DNA of 64,000 nt from the human T2T-CHM13v2.0 reference genome, Homo sapiens (GCF_009914755.1 NC_060934.1); one strand, 5' to 3'; positions 36,701 through 50,699 are shown, counted from the first letter of the stretch. The notes: generated from the sequence alone by a model not told the origin. Made by a program: numbers and translations.

Positions 36701-38321
36701 TCCCCGAGGATACCCCTGAGAAAACCTTCGATACAGAAGATCACTCACCGTGTAAGAAAAACACTACTGAGTGAGAGCAAGAACAGCCAACAGGTGTGGA
36801 CCCACGCACCGTCCTCTCACCTGTCGCCTGACTCACCTGCCTTCCCCACGCCACACTTCTGCTGTGTCTTTCTGGAGGCAAAGGGACAAGGATGCTTCTT
36901 GGATCAGAAAGAGATGCCCTCCCCTTATGAAAACAATGGAAGCATTCCCCACAGAAGAGCCAGCTGGTGCCAAGGGGGTCACTTAAGGACAAGTGAGGGC
37001 CTAAGAGTCCCCTCCACAACTCACCTTCTCTTTGTGGCTCAGGTGCTACCTAGCATGGACATTTGCATAGCCAACGGCTGCAGCCTACAGCCTGCCTTTG
37101 CTTCTGTGGTGCTGTCCCCATGGGATTTCCTGCCGCTGCCTCTGTACTCAGACACCCAGGGTGCCTTGACACCCCCCTGCACCACCTGACCCATGTGGGC
37201 AATTCATCTCCACCTCCCCTCTGGCTCAGACAGGCTGGAATTCTCTTAACGATTTTACCAAACCCAAAGAGAAGTGTTTAAACCATTTTTTTAAATGTCT
37301 TAGAATTTTCAAAGGTTCTGATATCACAGTGCTTACAGAGAACGGGTTTCTGACCCTAAACTGGTAGAAGGTCACTTCCAGATCTCAAATCCATTATTCT
37401 GTCCCATCAGAGACAGAAGTGGCTGCCCTCCCCTTCAATCCCTTTCCTGCTTCCTCCAGGAGGGGCCTGGGGGCTGTCATAGAGGCCCAGCTGCCTAGCC
37501 TGGTGCAGGGGATGGGGAGCGGGGGTGGGGGGCGCTTCCACAGCAGTGCCCCCTGATCACTTCCCACTGCCCTATCATGGAGGCCCATGGTCCGCAGTCA
37601 CCAACCGGCTCAGCAGCCCCTCTGCTCTGTCTCTGGGGAGAGTGGTGGTATGATGCCCACACAATGGCACGTTTTTATTTTTATTTATTTTTAAGAACAA
37701 GAGAGGATATTGTTTCCTTCTTTTTCACATCTCCTTTTTATCTTAGCCCTGGCCTCAATTCTGTGGGACTCCCTGACCCTCCTAGCATGTGGGAACAACT
37801 GTGTGTAGCCTTCTGTTGTGTTTGGGGGCTGAAGACAAGGATGGCGGCTCCCACTGTCTTCCCAGCCTGCCTCGACCTGTGCCCAGCGCAGACCTCTGCT
37901 GTGATTCCCTTAGTGACTCCTTTACAGGTGTTTTTTCTCATCTGCAGAAGTCAAAATGTCCCCAGCCACTTTCCAGGCCTCCCCACCCGGTGTGGCCTGC
38001 CCAGGTGATTCCAGCTTCCTTGAACCCAGCACCTTATGGGATGGGGCTGAAAGTGGGCCCCACGGCCAGCTCCCGAGTAAGGTCAGAGGTCAGGAGAGTA
38101 GGACGAGTTGGTCATCCTGGGCTCCTCTTAATGATTTATTAGCCACTGTTCCCATTAGGAGCTGTTAGCACATCAAAGCGGGATTTGCAGAGCCTGAACA
38201 CATAGTGACGGTGACAGACATTAGCTGGTGGCTGCCCTGGAGCCATAAAACTCCCACTGGGTGAGCTGGAGGTGGAGGGAGGCGCTGATCACTTTGGTTC
38301 TCAACTACAGCAAAGGCAGAC

Positions 38322-38358
38322 GAGATCCAAATGTCCATGGATGAGATCTAAATGTCCA
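38322..38358. repeat. 16-bp direct repeat x2 (period 21)
   Basis: gagatc(c/t)aaatgtcca x2. Confidence 0.8.
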
Positions 38359-38434
38359 CATTTGTAAAATGAATTTGTGCATTAACTCATTAAATCACTG
38401 AGTTTGGAACTCTAGGTAAGTTTAGACTGTGCGA

Positions 38435-38968
<534 letters not shown>

Positions 38969-39966
38969 TTACCCCATGGCGCATGTCTAATGCAGGGGCC
39001 TTCCAGCGGCCTCCTGCGTCTGGAGGAAGCCACCTACTGAGAGGTCTCTGCCAGCCTGCTCAGGGTACTGCTTTTCTTAGTGCTGTCTTTTACCAATGGG
39101 CAAAGGGCGGGCTGTTGTCCTTGTGATGCTGAGGGGGGCTGAGGCAGATCAGGTTCCCTGGGAAGCTGACTGTCAGCCAGCAGACTCTACATACACACCA
39201 TTGAAAGGGGAGGGGAAGAGAGAGAAGGGAAAGGCAACAGACCTGGGCAAAGGAAGATGATGAGCTGTGCCAACTCTCAGTGATGGCCTCAGCCCACCCA
39301 GGTAGTTCTGGAACGGGGATGGCCCCTCAGAGTTGCCCCAAGGGGGCCAGGCCATGAAGGGGGTTCTTGGACAAGGTGGCTCTCTTTAGCCAAGGCACTC
39401 CTGCAGAGGACTGACATCTGAGAGCTATCTGCAGGCAGCACCCTAGCATCTGAAGGGACAAGTCCTTCATTCCCTAAAGGGGAATCTGGATGGCACAGCA
39501 CAGCAGGCACTACAGGGGCCTTTCTACAGGGGCCAGCACATGGGCCAGGGGTCCTGAGAGCAGGGCTCCATCTCCGCCTTCACTAAGGGGAACCATGCAC
39601 CCCTCAGGAGAATCGAGGTCCTGGGAGATTCTGTGGCATTCCTGCGTATGCTTCACAACTGTAGATTCGAGAAAACAGGGTGTTGGGCTCAATGAATACA
39701 TCTGTTCAGCTTTGGCTCTGATTTCTGAAGATTTCTCAGGTTCAGAGAAGTGAGAGAATCAGGGAAATCAGGAAGGGAGCTCCCCTTCCACCCTGAGCCA
39801 AAACAATTTTGCCAAAGTCTGGACACCCCAAAGGTTTCCCAGTGCCCTGGGGGAAAATGCCAAACTCCTCCCTGCCCTGGCCTTCAAGATCCCTTGAGTT
39901 CTGGCCCCTGCCTTCCTTTCCTGCTTCATTTCATGTCCATTTATTTTCTTCTCCTGAAACTCCAGG

Positions 39967-40502
<536 letters not shown>

Positions 40503-40504
40503 GC

Positions 40505-40790
40505 TCCAACCACAGAGGATTTTTTTCTGTTTCCCACCCCAGGGCCTTTGCACTTGCTGTGCTGGTGTGCAGTGACCATCCCTTGGACTCCCTCGTGCCG
40601 CCTCTTCATTATCTAGGTTTCGACTCCAACACCACCTCCTCAGAAAGGCCTTCCTCAGTCATCCAAGCTAAAGCATTTTCCCAAATTCCAGCCCCGTCTA
40701 CTATATTTGCATATTGTAACTTCTCATAGCAGTCATCAGTGTGTAAATTTTTCCCATTTATTTATTTCTGTTTGTTGTCTATCACCTGCG
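40505..40790 (+). mobile_element. L2 3' fragment
   Basis: cagggcctttgcacttgctgt...cacctcctcagaaaggccttcc. Confidence 0.75.
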
Positions 40791-40799
40791 GCTAGAGAT

Positions 40800-40985
40800 A
40801 ATAATAATAATAAGCCAATACTTGTATGGTGCTTATTATGTGTCAGGTACTGGTTTATCATTTCACATATGTTATCTCATCTAATTCCTTCAACTCTCCT
40901 GTGAGAAAAGTGCTGCTTTGTCCCCATTTTGCAGAGAAGGACACTAAAGCTCAGAGGTGGACTTGCCCAAGCTCGACTGCTAGAA
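40800..40985 (-). mobile_element. MIR
   Basis: ttatctcatctaattccttcaac...ccccattttgcagagaaggacactaaagctcagagg. Confidence 0.8.
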
Positions 40986-42079
40986 GATGTCTTTTCTACC
41001 TCTATAGTGCCAGCACCAACATAGAGCAGTGCCAGATATATCGAGCAATGGCTCAGTACGTGGCCCTTGACTGCCGGTCTGACTGAGACTCAGCAGGGTG
41101 GGGTGACTGGGCTGGTGTGGACCCAGGAAGTCCTCTGACGAGCCTTGCAGCCCCACGGAACCCCTGGTTGGGATGGTGGGCTGGGGGCAAGTACAAGGGT
41201 GGCGCCAAGAGTGGCCTGCAGGTCACTTGTCCCATTTTGGGAGACCCCAGTGGGCTGGGAGGGGAGAGGAATGGACCTCGCTGGGCAAAACTGGCAAACC
41301 CTTCTCCTGGGCAGTGAATGATGCTAGTGGCCAAGGTGGACTCGGCCCATTGCTGGGGCTGGGGCTGCGGCTTTCCCAGTGCCTTGACAGAAAGGGACCA
41401 GAGCTATGGAGACCACCCAGACTTTTTGTCTGCAGAGAGCTCTGACATCCGCCTGGCCTCCCCAGCAAAGCCCTTGCCTGGGGCTGTCCAGCTGGGGCGG
41501 GGGAGCGGGGGGAGGTACGGGGAGGGGGCTCTGTGCAGCCCAGCAGTGGGGAGATATCTTCCTAGCGATCAGTATCTGATAACACAGCCTGGTCTCCCCA
41601 GGGTGCCCCTGCCCCCTCTAAAAAGCATCTTCTCTTAATTAAAAAGTCAGAGCCTTCTGTCTGGAAGGGACATTCCATGAGGAGGGGAAGCCACCAGAGA
41701 CGCCTCACCCTCTTCTTGGTCCTGCTGTTTCCATTTCCTATGGATACTGCACCCACTCCCCGTCCCATCCCCCACCTGGCACCCCAGGCTTCTAGGTGTG
41801 AGAGAGCTTCGCACAAGGAGCCTGAAACACAACTGCCATTTCCAATGAGGCCTCTTATCTGCTGAGTGACCTCGACTCAGCTTCTTAACCTTCCAGCCTC
41901 CGATTCCTCATTCCTGTGAGGGAACACATGTGCCCCTCTACGATTGCCATAGGATCTAGGGAAGCACGATGCTCTCAAAACTTTCAAGACTTTATACATA
42001 TGAGGTCAACGCAAGTATAAAGAACCATAACGATGTTCACACAAAGGTTTCACACAGGCTCCCTCCCTTAGGCTCAGAA

Positions 42080-42490
42080 AACAATGTATAAAAGGAAAAC
42101 TGCTAGATGTACAAAGATATTCACTGCAGCATAGAATATAAAAAACACAGAAACTTCGTGATCTAGTAACCAACTCAAAGATAAATCACGTTATATGATC
42201 TTTAAACGCAGCCATGTTAAATATGTCGTTTCCAAGGCTGCCCTGATGCAGGAATGTGTCTGCCTTGTCATGGTAAGTGAAGGAAGCAGTGGACCATATT
42301 CCGTGCACACCGATTTCTGCTCTGTGAACGTAGGTATGCGTGTGGACGAGGATCAGAGAGGGGAAGAGAAAATGGAAACAGTTGAGAGTGGGCATGGGGG
42401 ATTATGGATGATGGCTTTTCTTTCACAAAATGTCCTTTAATGTTCTTACAGAGCTGTTTGAACAATAAATATATGTCAGAAAAACAAAGT
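42080..42490 (+). mobile_element. Ancient L1M (L1ME-like) 3' fragment
   Basis: atgtacaaagatattcactgcagcat...ggattatggatgatggcttttc. Confidence 0.55.
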
Positions 42491-42772
42491 AAAAAAAATT
42501 TTAAAGCAAAGCCAAATGTAAAATCCAAAGTGTTGCCACTCTTCTCAGTTCAGATGCATCCAGTTCCTGGACTCCTCGGCCTCCCGAGAACCCCACATCC
42601 CTGGCACGTACACGGGAGGCCATACAGCTCACTGTGCAGCCCGGGCCTCAATCTTCAGCCTACATGGTATGGTGTGTGAGATGTCAGAACTTGGCTTCAT
42701 CCTTTCCTTTTCCCTTTGCCCCTTCTCGTGCCACATGCTTAACGCCCTTTCTATTCAAAAGACAGTGGTTTC

Positions 42773-43118
<346 letters not shown>

Positions 43119-43464
43119 TCAGTTATGAAAATTCTTTCACTTGCAGTTGTACTGAGACCTGCCAAGGATGCCAAGTACGTTTCCTCACAGGGACGAGCTG
43201 TGATTGATTGGTTGTGGTTGCCAAGAAGTACAAGAAACAGTGCTGAAATAGATCAGTTATGTCTGCCATGGGTCCTAGATAGAGGAATGGTATATGTCCT
43301 GTGGTATTTGCAATTCCAGAATAGACAGGTACTCAGCGCAGGGCTTGGACATCTGGGCTTTCATCTCAACCCTGCCAGTGCTTCCCTGGAGAACCTTGGG
43401 TACTGTACAGCTTTGTCATGTGTGTAAGGAAATCGGAGGCTCCCCGTTCTCCAGGCTGTGTGCT

Positions 43465-43690
43465 GGTGTGGAAAGAGGATGGACTTTGCAGTCTCATAGA
43501 CCCAGGCAAGAATCCCAGCTCCACCGTTTACTTGTGATTTGACCTTGGGCAATCCGTGTAACCTATGGAGCCTGGGTGTTTACACCTGTAAGTTAGAACT
43601 CAGATAGGCTGAGTTATAAAGATTAGAAATAGTAAATAGACACAGTGCCCAGTCTACTGCTGGCACACAGTAAGTGTTAGGGTAGCTGTT
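43465..43690 (+). mobile_element. MIR
   Basis: gaatcccagctccaccgtttacttgtgatttgaccttgggcaa...tggcacacagtaagtg. Confidence 0.8.
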
Positions 43691-43939
43691 TTCCTGGCCA
43701 CCTGTGACATTCAGAGGGGTTGGTGGTGCCGTTCAGCCAGATGGCATGGAAGCAGGCCATGGGGCTGCCAGGCTGCCACCCATGAGACTGTGTGTTTCTT
43801 TATTTCTTCCTGGCCCACAGTTACACATGCACGCCTTCACCATGCCCTCCTGGACTAGTGACAGAGCTGCTTGAGACAGGATTCATTGAGAGACAGGGAC
43901 AAAAATGATGTTTCACTTGATTGTGCTATTGTAAGTTAA

Positions 43940-44037
43940 AACACTCCATATTATAACGAACTAATAACATATTATAATAACACTCCATATTATAATGAAC
44001 TAATAACTAATAATTAGTAATTAGCTAATTACTAATT
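43940..44037. repeat. 29-bp direct repeat x2 followed by a perfect 26-bp palindrome
   Basis: aacactccatattataa(c/t)gaactaataac at 43940-43968 and 43979-44007; AATTAGTAATTAG|CTAATTACTAATT at 44012-44037. Confidence 0.92.
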
Positions 44038-44268
44038 GCTGTATATGTTGTTAATTGTGTGCAATTTAAAGTAAGATTTAAGAAAAATAGATATCCAGGG
44101 GTGATTAAGTACCTTACTAATTGTTAATTATTCCCTGTCCCTGCTTCACGGAGTCCTGCTTTACCTCCGGGCCTGAGGAAAGCAGCCTCCTAACTCACCT
44201 GGCATCCTGGGGCCGGGGACTTATGTGGGGCTTGTCTTCAGCTCTGGGCTCCATGCCCAGTAGAAGGG

Positions 44269-44312
44269 GGGAGGGATGCAAGAGGGAGGGATGCAAGAGG
44301 GAGGGATGCAAG
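44269..44312. repeat. 15-bp minisatellite x3 (GGGAGGGATGCAAGA)
   Basis: Three copies, the last one base short. Confidence 0.92.
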
Positions 44313-44574
44313 CACACTTGTCATTGTTTAGTGTACCCAAACAGTTCCACTCTTGGTCAAACTAACTCTCACGTACAAGTTCAATGTCCAAACACTGTTA
44401 TGACATTGCTCCTTCACAGATCTGTAGTCAGATGATAGCCAGTGGGCCCACCCATCCATTCATTTAATTACTCATTCATGCATATTCAGCAAGGATTGAC
44501 TGAGCCCACACTCTGGGCCAGAAGTTCTGGGCTGTGGAATTGGAGCAGTTCAGGCCTGGAAGGTGCCCAGAGAC

Positions 44575-44940
44575 TGTGTATTGCGAATTAGCAGCTTGAG
44601 GACCAAATGTAGCTCTTTCACAGGTTTTGTTTGGCCTGCAGAGTGGTTTTTAAGTGTTCTTAAATTAGTAGCAGCATTTAGAAATGAGAAGATTTTGCAG
44701 AAAATATCTGATTCTCAGCTTTTCTTGAATAGTTTCAAGATCTGCCAATAGTAGGTCTGCAACCTCAACTGGCAATACTTGGTTGCAGCTGAGGGGTATC
44801 CAGTCCATTTTAGGCACACAGGCAAGCCCTTAGCACTTTGCCACAGTCTCCACCATGCCCTATCACATGACACCTGGCCTACTTCATTTATTTATGTGAC
44901 CTGCCTGGCTCCTTGTAGGCATTGGAGTTTGTGACACCTA
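44575..44940 (+). mobile_element. MER102 (hAT-Charlie)
   Basis: gttttgtttggcctgcagagtg...ttgccacagtctccacca...acctgcctggctccttgtaggcattggagtttgtgacacct. Confidence 0.8.
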
Positions 44941-45975
44941 ATCTCCCTCAACTCTTCTTAGAGTAGTGACTAAAGAATTAAGGACTGTGCCCATCATAAA
45001 TCTTACAACCTAACAAAAGACAAGGTAGAAAAACATGGACATGGAACATGGAACTGAGATCCACACATAGAAATGAGAATAATTCACTGAATATTTTGAT
45101 GTCGTGGGGTTGTGGTAAATCAAAGCCAGCTGCGTGAAGGAGAGGATGTGAAGCCGTGATGTGCGTACTGCAACCTCTGCTGGAGAACTGTCGATGCCTT
45201 TTGGATGTGGAGAAGGGAGCAAGGCTTGCACAACAGATGATTTCCTGGGAAGGGCCCAAGGTGAGGGGCTGGGGGTGGAGCAGGAAGTCCCTCCCCTTGA
45301 GAAGATATCTCTAGGTCCTGTGGGAGGATCTCACTGTTTCTGGGAGACTCAGTCAAGGGTGACAAGTTCAAGTGTGGAGACTCCAGATTGTTATCAAAAT
45401 AGAGCTGAGGGGTCAGAGCCAGCAAAGTGCAACGGGCAAGGCTCATCCCTGATTGATTTCCACCTCGCCCACACAAGGGCTGACTTGATAGAGAACTTTT
45501 CCACCTTCCCTGGGCCCACTGTCCCTATCTGTGTGTGGCAGCCCAGCCCCTCTGACCCGTGCTGGAGGCCTGGCCAGGAAACTGTTCAGCCTGAGAACAG
45601 TGCCTGCCCTTGGCCTGAATCTGTAAAATTGGGACTCCAGTCTCTACCAGCAAGACCTACCCCCAAGGTTTCCTCACTCAGGACTTACGATTCTGACCCC
45701 AACCTGGAAGCGACAGGGGCCCACGGAAGTAAGAAAATGTGCAATTTGTCCCAACAGTTCAAAGCTGATGGCTTAAATCTGTACTATTTCACTCAAAAGG
45801 TCACCCAGCCCTGTCCAGCCTGCTCTGCTTAGCTCAGCTCACCCTGAGCCCTGCATGGGTTCCAGGATTTTAAGGGCTCATCTGAGAGGCAGGGCAACAG
45901 CGTGATTAAGGGCCTGGTACTGGTTCAGAGCAAGCGAAGTGTCCTCTGAATTGACAGCTGCTCCCCCACTGCTCA

Positions 45976-46192
45976 CATTATGACCTGAGCTCTGCTCCCC
46001 ATCAGATCAGTGGTGGCATTAGATCTTCACAGGAGTGAGAACACTATTGTGAACTGTGCATGTGAGGGATCTACGTTGCACACTCCTTATGGGCCAAGGC
46101 GGAACAGTTTTATCCTGAACCCATCCCTCCCACCCTGAAAAATTGTCTTCTAGGAAACCAGTCCCTGGTGCCAAAAAGGTTAGGGACTGCTG
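45976..46192 (+). mobile_element. MER1B 3' portion
   Basis: tcagatcagtggtggcattagat...aaaccagtccctggtgccaaaaaggttagggactgctg. Confidence 0.9.
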
Positions 46193-46340
46193 CCCTAGAA
46201 TCAGCCTGCCCCTCACCAGCTTGGGATGCAAGGCAGGAGATGCTGCCTCTCTCTGTCTCAGCCTCCTGAAGTCCACCTTAAAAGGCTTATAAGGGTTAAA
46301 CATGGTAATACCTGTGAAGCATTAAGACTGGCACCTGGTT

Positions 46341-46688
<348 letters not shown>

Positions 46689-46764
46689 TTAGAACACAGT
46701 GGGCAGTATCATATGCTTCTGGGATTGGATGCCATTATTTCTGACTTCATAACCATAACAATTG

Positions 46765-46998
46765 TCATAGCTATATTTATTGAGTGCTTACTCTAAGCCA
46801 GGGACAGTGCTAAATATCTTACTTGTATTCTCTCATTTACCACCCAAATCCAGTGAGGTAGATACTCTTATTACCCCCATTTTATAGAGGATACTGGGCT
46901 CAGAGAGGTTAAGCAGCTTGCCCAAGGTCACACAGCTAGTAAGTAGTAAAGTAGAAATTTGAACCTGTGGCTGTTTGGCTCCAAAGCCTATGCTCTTG
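46765..46998 (-). mobile_element. MIR
   Basis: ccccattttatagagg...gctcagagaggttaagcagcttgcccaaggtcacacagctagtaagt. Confidence 0.9.
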
Positions 46999-47324
46999 TC
47001 CAGGATTCTGGGCAGTTCCCCATTCCTTCTAAGTAAAAGGAAGAACAGTGAAACTACGACACTGTGTGCATGTGTCTAGTTGAAGTTCCTCCTAAGATGG
47101 GCAGTGTCTGGATGGAGTTCGTGATCAGTCCTCACTGGGGGACTCTGGGAGCCAACTTCAGGCAAGAGACGAGCATGGTCTGAACTTAGCCCAGGAATGA
47201 GGCCACATGGTCCTCAAAGGAACTTGGAAGGGCTCATTGAAGGTTTTCATTCTCAGCAGTCTAACCATCTCCCCCCACCACTAAGTCTTGTTGACTCTTA
47301 ATTTGCTTTTGCAGCTGAAGCAAT

Positions 47325-47700
47325 AAATGTAAAGGTTAAGAAAGAAAGCTTTAGGGTGTAGCTGATTCCAAAGGCTCTGCCAATTTACCAGCTGTGTGAC
47401 ATTGGACAAATTACTTAACTTCTCTGCACAGCCACAAGAGCCCCACCTGCAAAACGGCGCATAATAGTACCGAGACTGCCTGTCAGGGCAGTTAGATGAT
47501 GCATGTCTTTGGGGCTAAGGGCATGCCTGGATTTCAGTTGTACGACTATGGGCCAGAACTTTGACCTCTCTGTGGCTCAGTTTCCTCCACTGTTAGGTGT
47601 GGACAATAGCACACCTTGTATAGTTACCTTATGGGGCTACTGTGAAGAGGAAATGATATGTGTAAGGTGCTTGGCGCTGGTAAGAGGTTAGCATGATGCC
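47325..47700 (+). mobile_element. Two tandem MIR fragments
   Basis: cagctgtgtgacattggacaaattacttaacttctctg; ctctctgtggctcagtttcctcc...tgtaaggtgcttgg. Confidence 0.7.
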
Positions 47701-47722
47701 AGACCAAAATGGGTTATTAATA

Positions 47723-47802
47723 TTAGGTTGATGCAAAAGTAATTGTGGTTTTTGCCATTAAAAGGAATGGCAAAACCCGCAATTACTTTTGTACCAACAT
47801 AA
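47723..47802. mobile_element. MADE1 (Hsmar1 MITE), full 80 bp with TA target duplication
   Basis: ta-TTAGGTTGATGCAAAAGTAATTG...CAATTACTTTTGTACCAACATAA-ta. Confidence 0.93.
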
Positions 47803-50445
47803 TAAATGTGACTTTAAAATCAAAAAGCTCATCATTCAGAGATACAGGCCTGGTTGTCAAAGCAAGACCTATGAAGCCTGCAGCCCCTCCCAGGCCTCTG
47901 AGGGGTGGCATTCGGCATGAGTCTGACCTGAGCTGTGACCCTTCCCCAGCCCCTCTTCTCTGCTCCTCCGGCAGTCGCCGGGCAGGGCACTGGCCAGCAG
48001 AGCCATGATGTGACGTTTGAGCTTCCCCAGGCAGGGCCTTGCACAGGAACACTGGCGAGATCCGGTGTCAGGAAGAAGTCCCAGGTCATAGGTGTGATGC
48101 CCAGAGACTTGTCTTCCTTCAGGGACCTGAGTGACCCCTCAATGGAAGAAAGCAGCCCTGGCTTGGGACTCAAGGGCTGGGGCTGGAGGTCAAGGGTCTC
48201 GTCAGGACCACTTGCCCCTCCCAGTCCAGTCGCAGGTCACAAGGCCCAGAGCCACAGGCAGGGGAGCTGCCCAGAGGGCTGCAGCCGGAGGAGACTGGAG
48301 TTTGGGAATTCTGTGCGAGCTTCCAGACAGCACATTTCCTTTCTGCATCTCAGTCCCTCACTCAGAAAATGGGGCTGCTGACTCCTACTCCAGCCTTTCA
48401 GGGCTGTTTTGTGGCTCAAATGGGAAAAGGTAAAACAAAGCCCTGAGAAGGAAGAAGGACTGAATGTCAGCCACAGAGTGCCCCCAGACAGGAGCTTGCT
48501 TCGGAGTAGAGACCAACGTGGGGCCAGCCTCACCCCAGGACCAGCGGGACACCCACCTCTAAGCTGGACGGAAGGCAGAGTCAGGGGGTCTGTACCTGGT
48601 GGGCAGCGTGGGGGCTGCAGTCTCACTCTGGGGTTCCCGGCCTCAGTCTGCAGGAAGCAGTAGACGCAGTGACCAGCAGATGAGCCCTGCTCCAGGGAAA
48701 AGCTGCCACAGCCCCCAGCCTCAGGACGAAGTGTCAGGGTACTTGGATGGGGCGGTCTCCTGAGCTAGAAAAGAAGCCCTCAAGGTCAGGGACAGCGGGT
48801 GACCTTTACAGCCTTCTGCACAGCAGCCATGCATAGCTGGTGTTGAGCAGGTGTTGAAAGTGGGCATGAGGGAGACACAGCTCCAGTGTGCCAAGATACA
48901 ATCTTCTTTACCCCCTCATACCGCACTGAGCCATGCTTCCAAGCGCCTGCCTTCTGCTGAAGAATGAGAAAAATAATTCTGAGGAACTCAGCCACTTCCT
49001 GCTCAACCCTTAGCCTTTCAGGTTCTCATCAGCTGTCGAGACACCATTTCCCTCTCTCCCTTTCATTCACCCAGAATTACAGCTGGGTGGGGGAGGGGCA
49101 CGGGGGTGGCCTGGCGCCATCTTCTGTCGGGTTGTCATTCCTCTTGCCAGGAGCTGGGCATCACCCTCCATCCCCCTGGGCAGAACCCTGCAGCCAGGTC
49201 CCCCATGCCCTCCTTGCCTGTGGCCTTCTGCGGCCATTTTCCTGAGCCCCAGGCTGCTATCCCCCATTCCAAGGGATGTGGGACTCTGGCATCAAGGGAG
49301 CTGCAGGGATGGTAAGGGGATCTCCTGTCCCTCTGCCTGCTCAAACTGTCTCACCAGAGCCATCTCCACGAGGGCTCCAGGCCCCAGGCATATACCCTTA
49401 CCCATTGCTAGCTAGGCTGGGGAACGGCTTCCCTGGAAACACAGGACTGCATCGGGAAGGAGAGGAGGCTGGAGGAACTTTAAGGTTTTGTTGGGAGGAG
49501 AAAGGGAGAATGGACGCAGAGGAGGTAACCAAGAAAGTCTGCTACTTAGGCACACCCTCCTGCGTCCACAGAGAGGAGTAACCCCGGGTGCTGGGCATCT
49601 GAGCCTCCCCCGTCCCACCAGCCCTCAGGCACTTGCCAAACAATGCAAGGAGCAAGGAAGTGAAGGGGGCACCTCCAGATTGAAAGCAGGGGTTAGCCAA
49701 GGGCAGAGTGTCAAGAAGCCCCTGGAGCCAGACCAAGTGCCCCGCCAGGCTGCCAGGTGTGAAGTCCACTTCCATGGAGTTTACAGGAAGGTGGCCACTC
49801 AGGTTGCTGTCAGGTGGCTCCAGGGGTGGCAGTGGCATAGCTAGTAGTATGGAGTCCTCTGGGGACCTCCTGGGGCCAGGGCATGAACTAAGCTGGAGGG
49901 GATCTTACTGGCTCCTGTCCGTTCCTTGCTCATACATTCCAGTCTCTCTGCCAACCTTAACAGCTGAATGGGGATGGGATAGAGAGCTGCAATCAATGCT
50001 AGTCCCCATGCCTGGTATGAGATGTGTCTGGGGAGTCCAGGACACCCAGCCTCTCCACCTCCGTCTCTGCCACTCCCCAAGGCTAGACTCAGTCCTGCCT
50101 GATTAGTTAGAAAAGGGTCCTCCTGCTTCGTCTACTTGCTTCCCCTGAGTCTCACCTCCAGGTGGCTCTAGTTTCCAGGATGACTAATAGGTTCCATATC
50201 ATGTGCCAATTTCTGCTGATTGATAGTGGCTGTGTTGCAAAGAATTGTGAAACCTTGTCTAGGCTCATTAAGGAGCTGTGATTGATTATCAGTGTCAGCC
50301 ATGAGTGCAGGCACAGAGACTGTAGGTGTGTGTGATTTAAACTGCTGCCCACTTCTCCCAGGACCTGTTATACCCCATCAACCTGGGCTGGAAAGGACTG
50401 GGGGTGTCTTGTGGCCGAGAGATGTCATCATAGGACAGATGTGAG

Positions 50446-50640
50446 CTGTGGCGTGCTGGCAAACGCTTAAGAAGTGGCTCTTGGGGTAAGGTGGGGCTGC
50501 TTTGTAGCTTTTGCCAATTTCTGTGGTGTGAATACTCCCACCATGGCCAATTTCCAGCTGCCAGTGTGAAGTCACTGGGCGCCAAGTTAGGAAGAGATGC
50601 CCACAGTTGGCTCTTGCAAGACTGCACAAGTTGGCTCTGA
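50446..50640. mobile_element. MER63A (hAT-Blackjack)
   Basis: ttgccaatttctgtggtgtgaatactcccaccatggccaatttccagct...aagttaggaagagatgc. Confidence 0.82.
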
Positions 50641-50699
50641 GTAGTCAGACATTTTTCCTAAGAAATGTAAAGCTTCTCAAAGCTTTGCTAATGGTGGGC

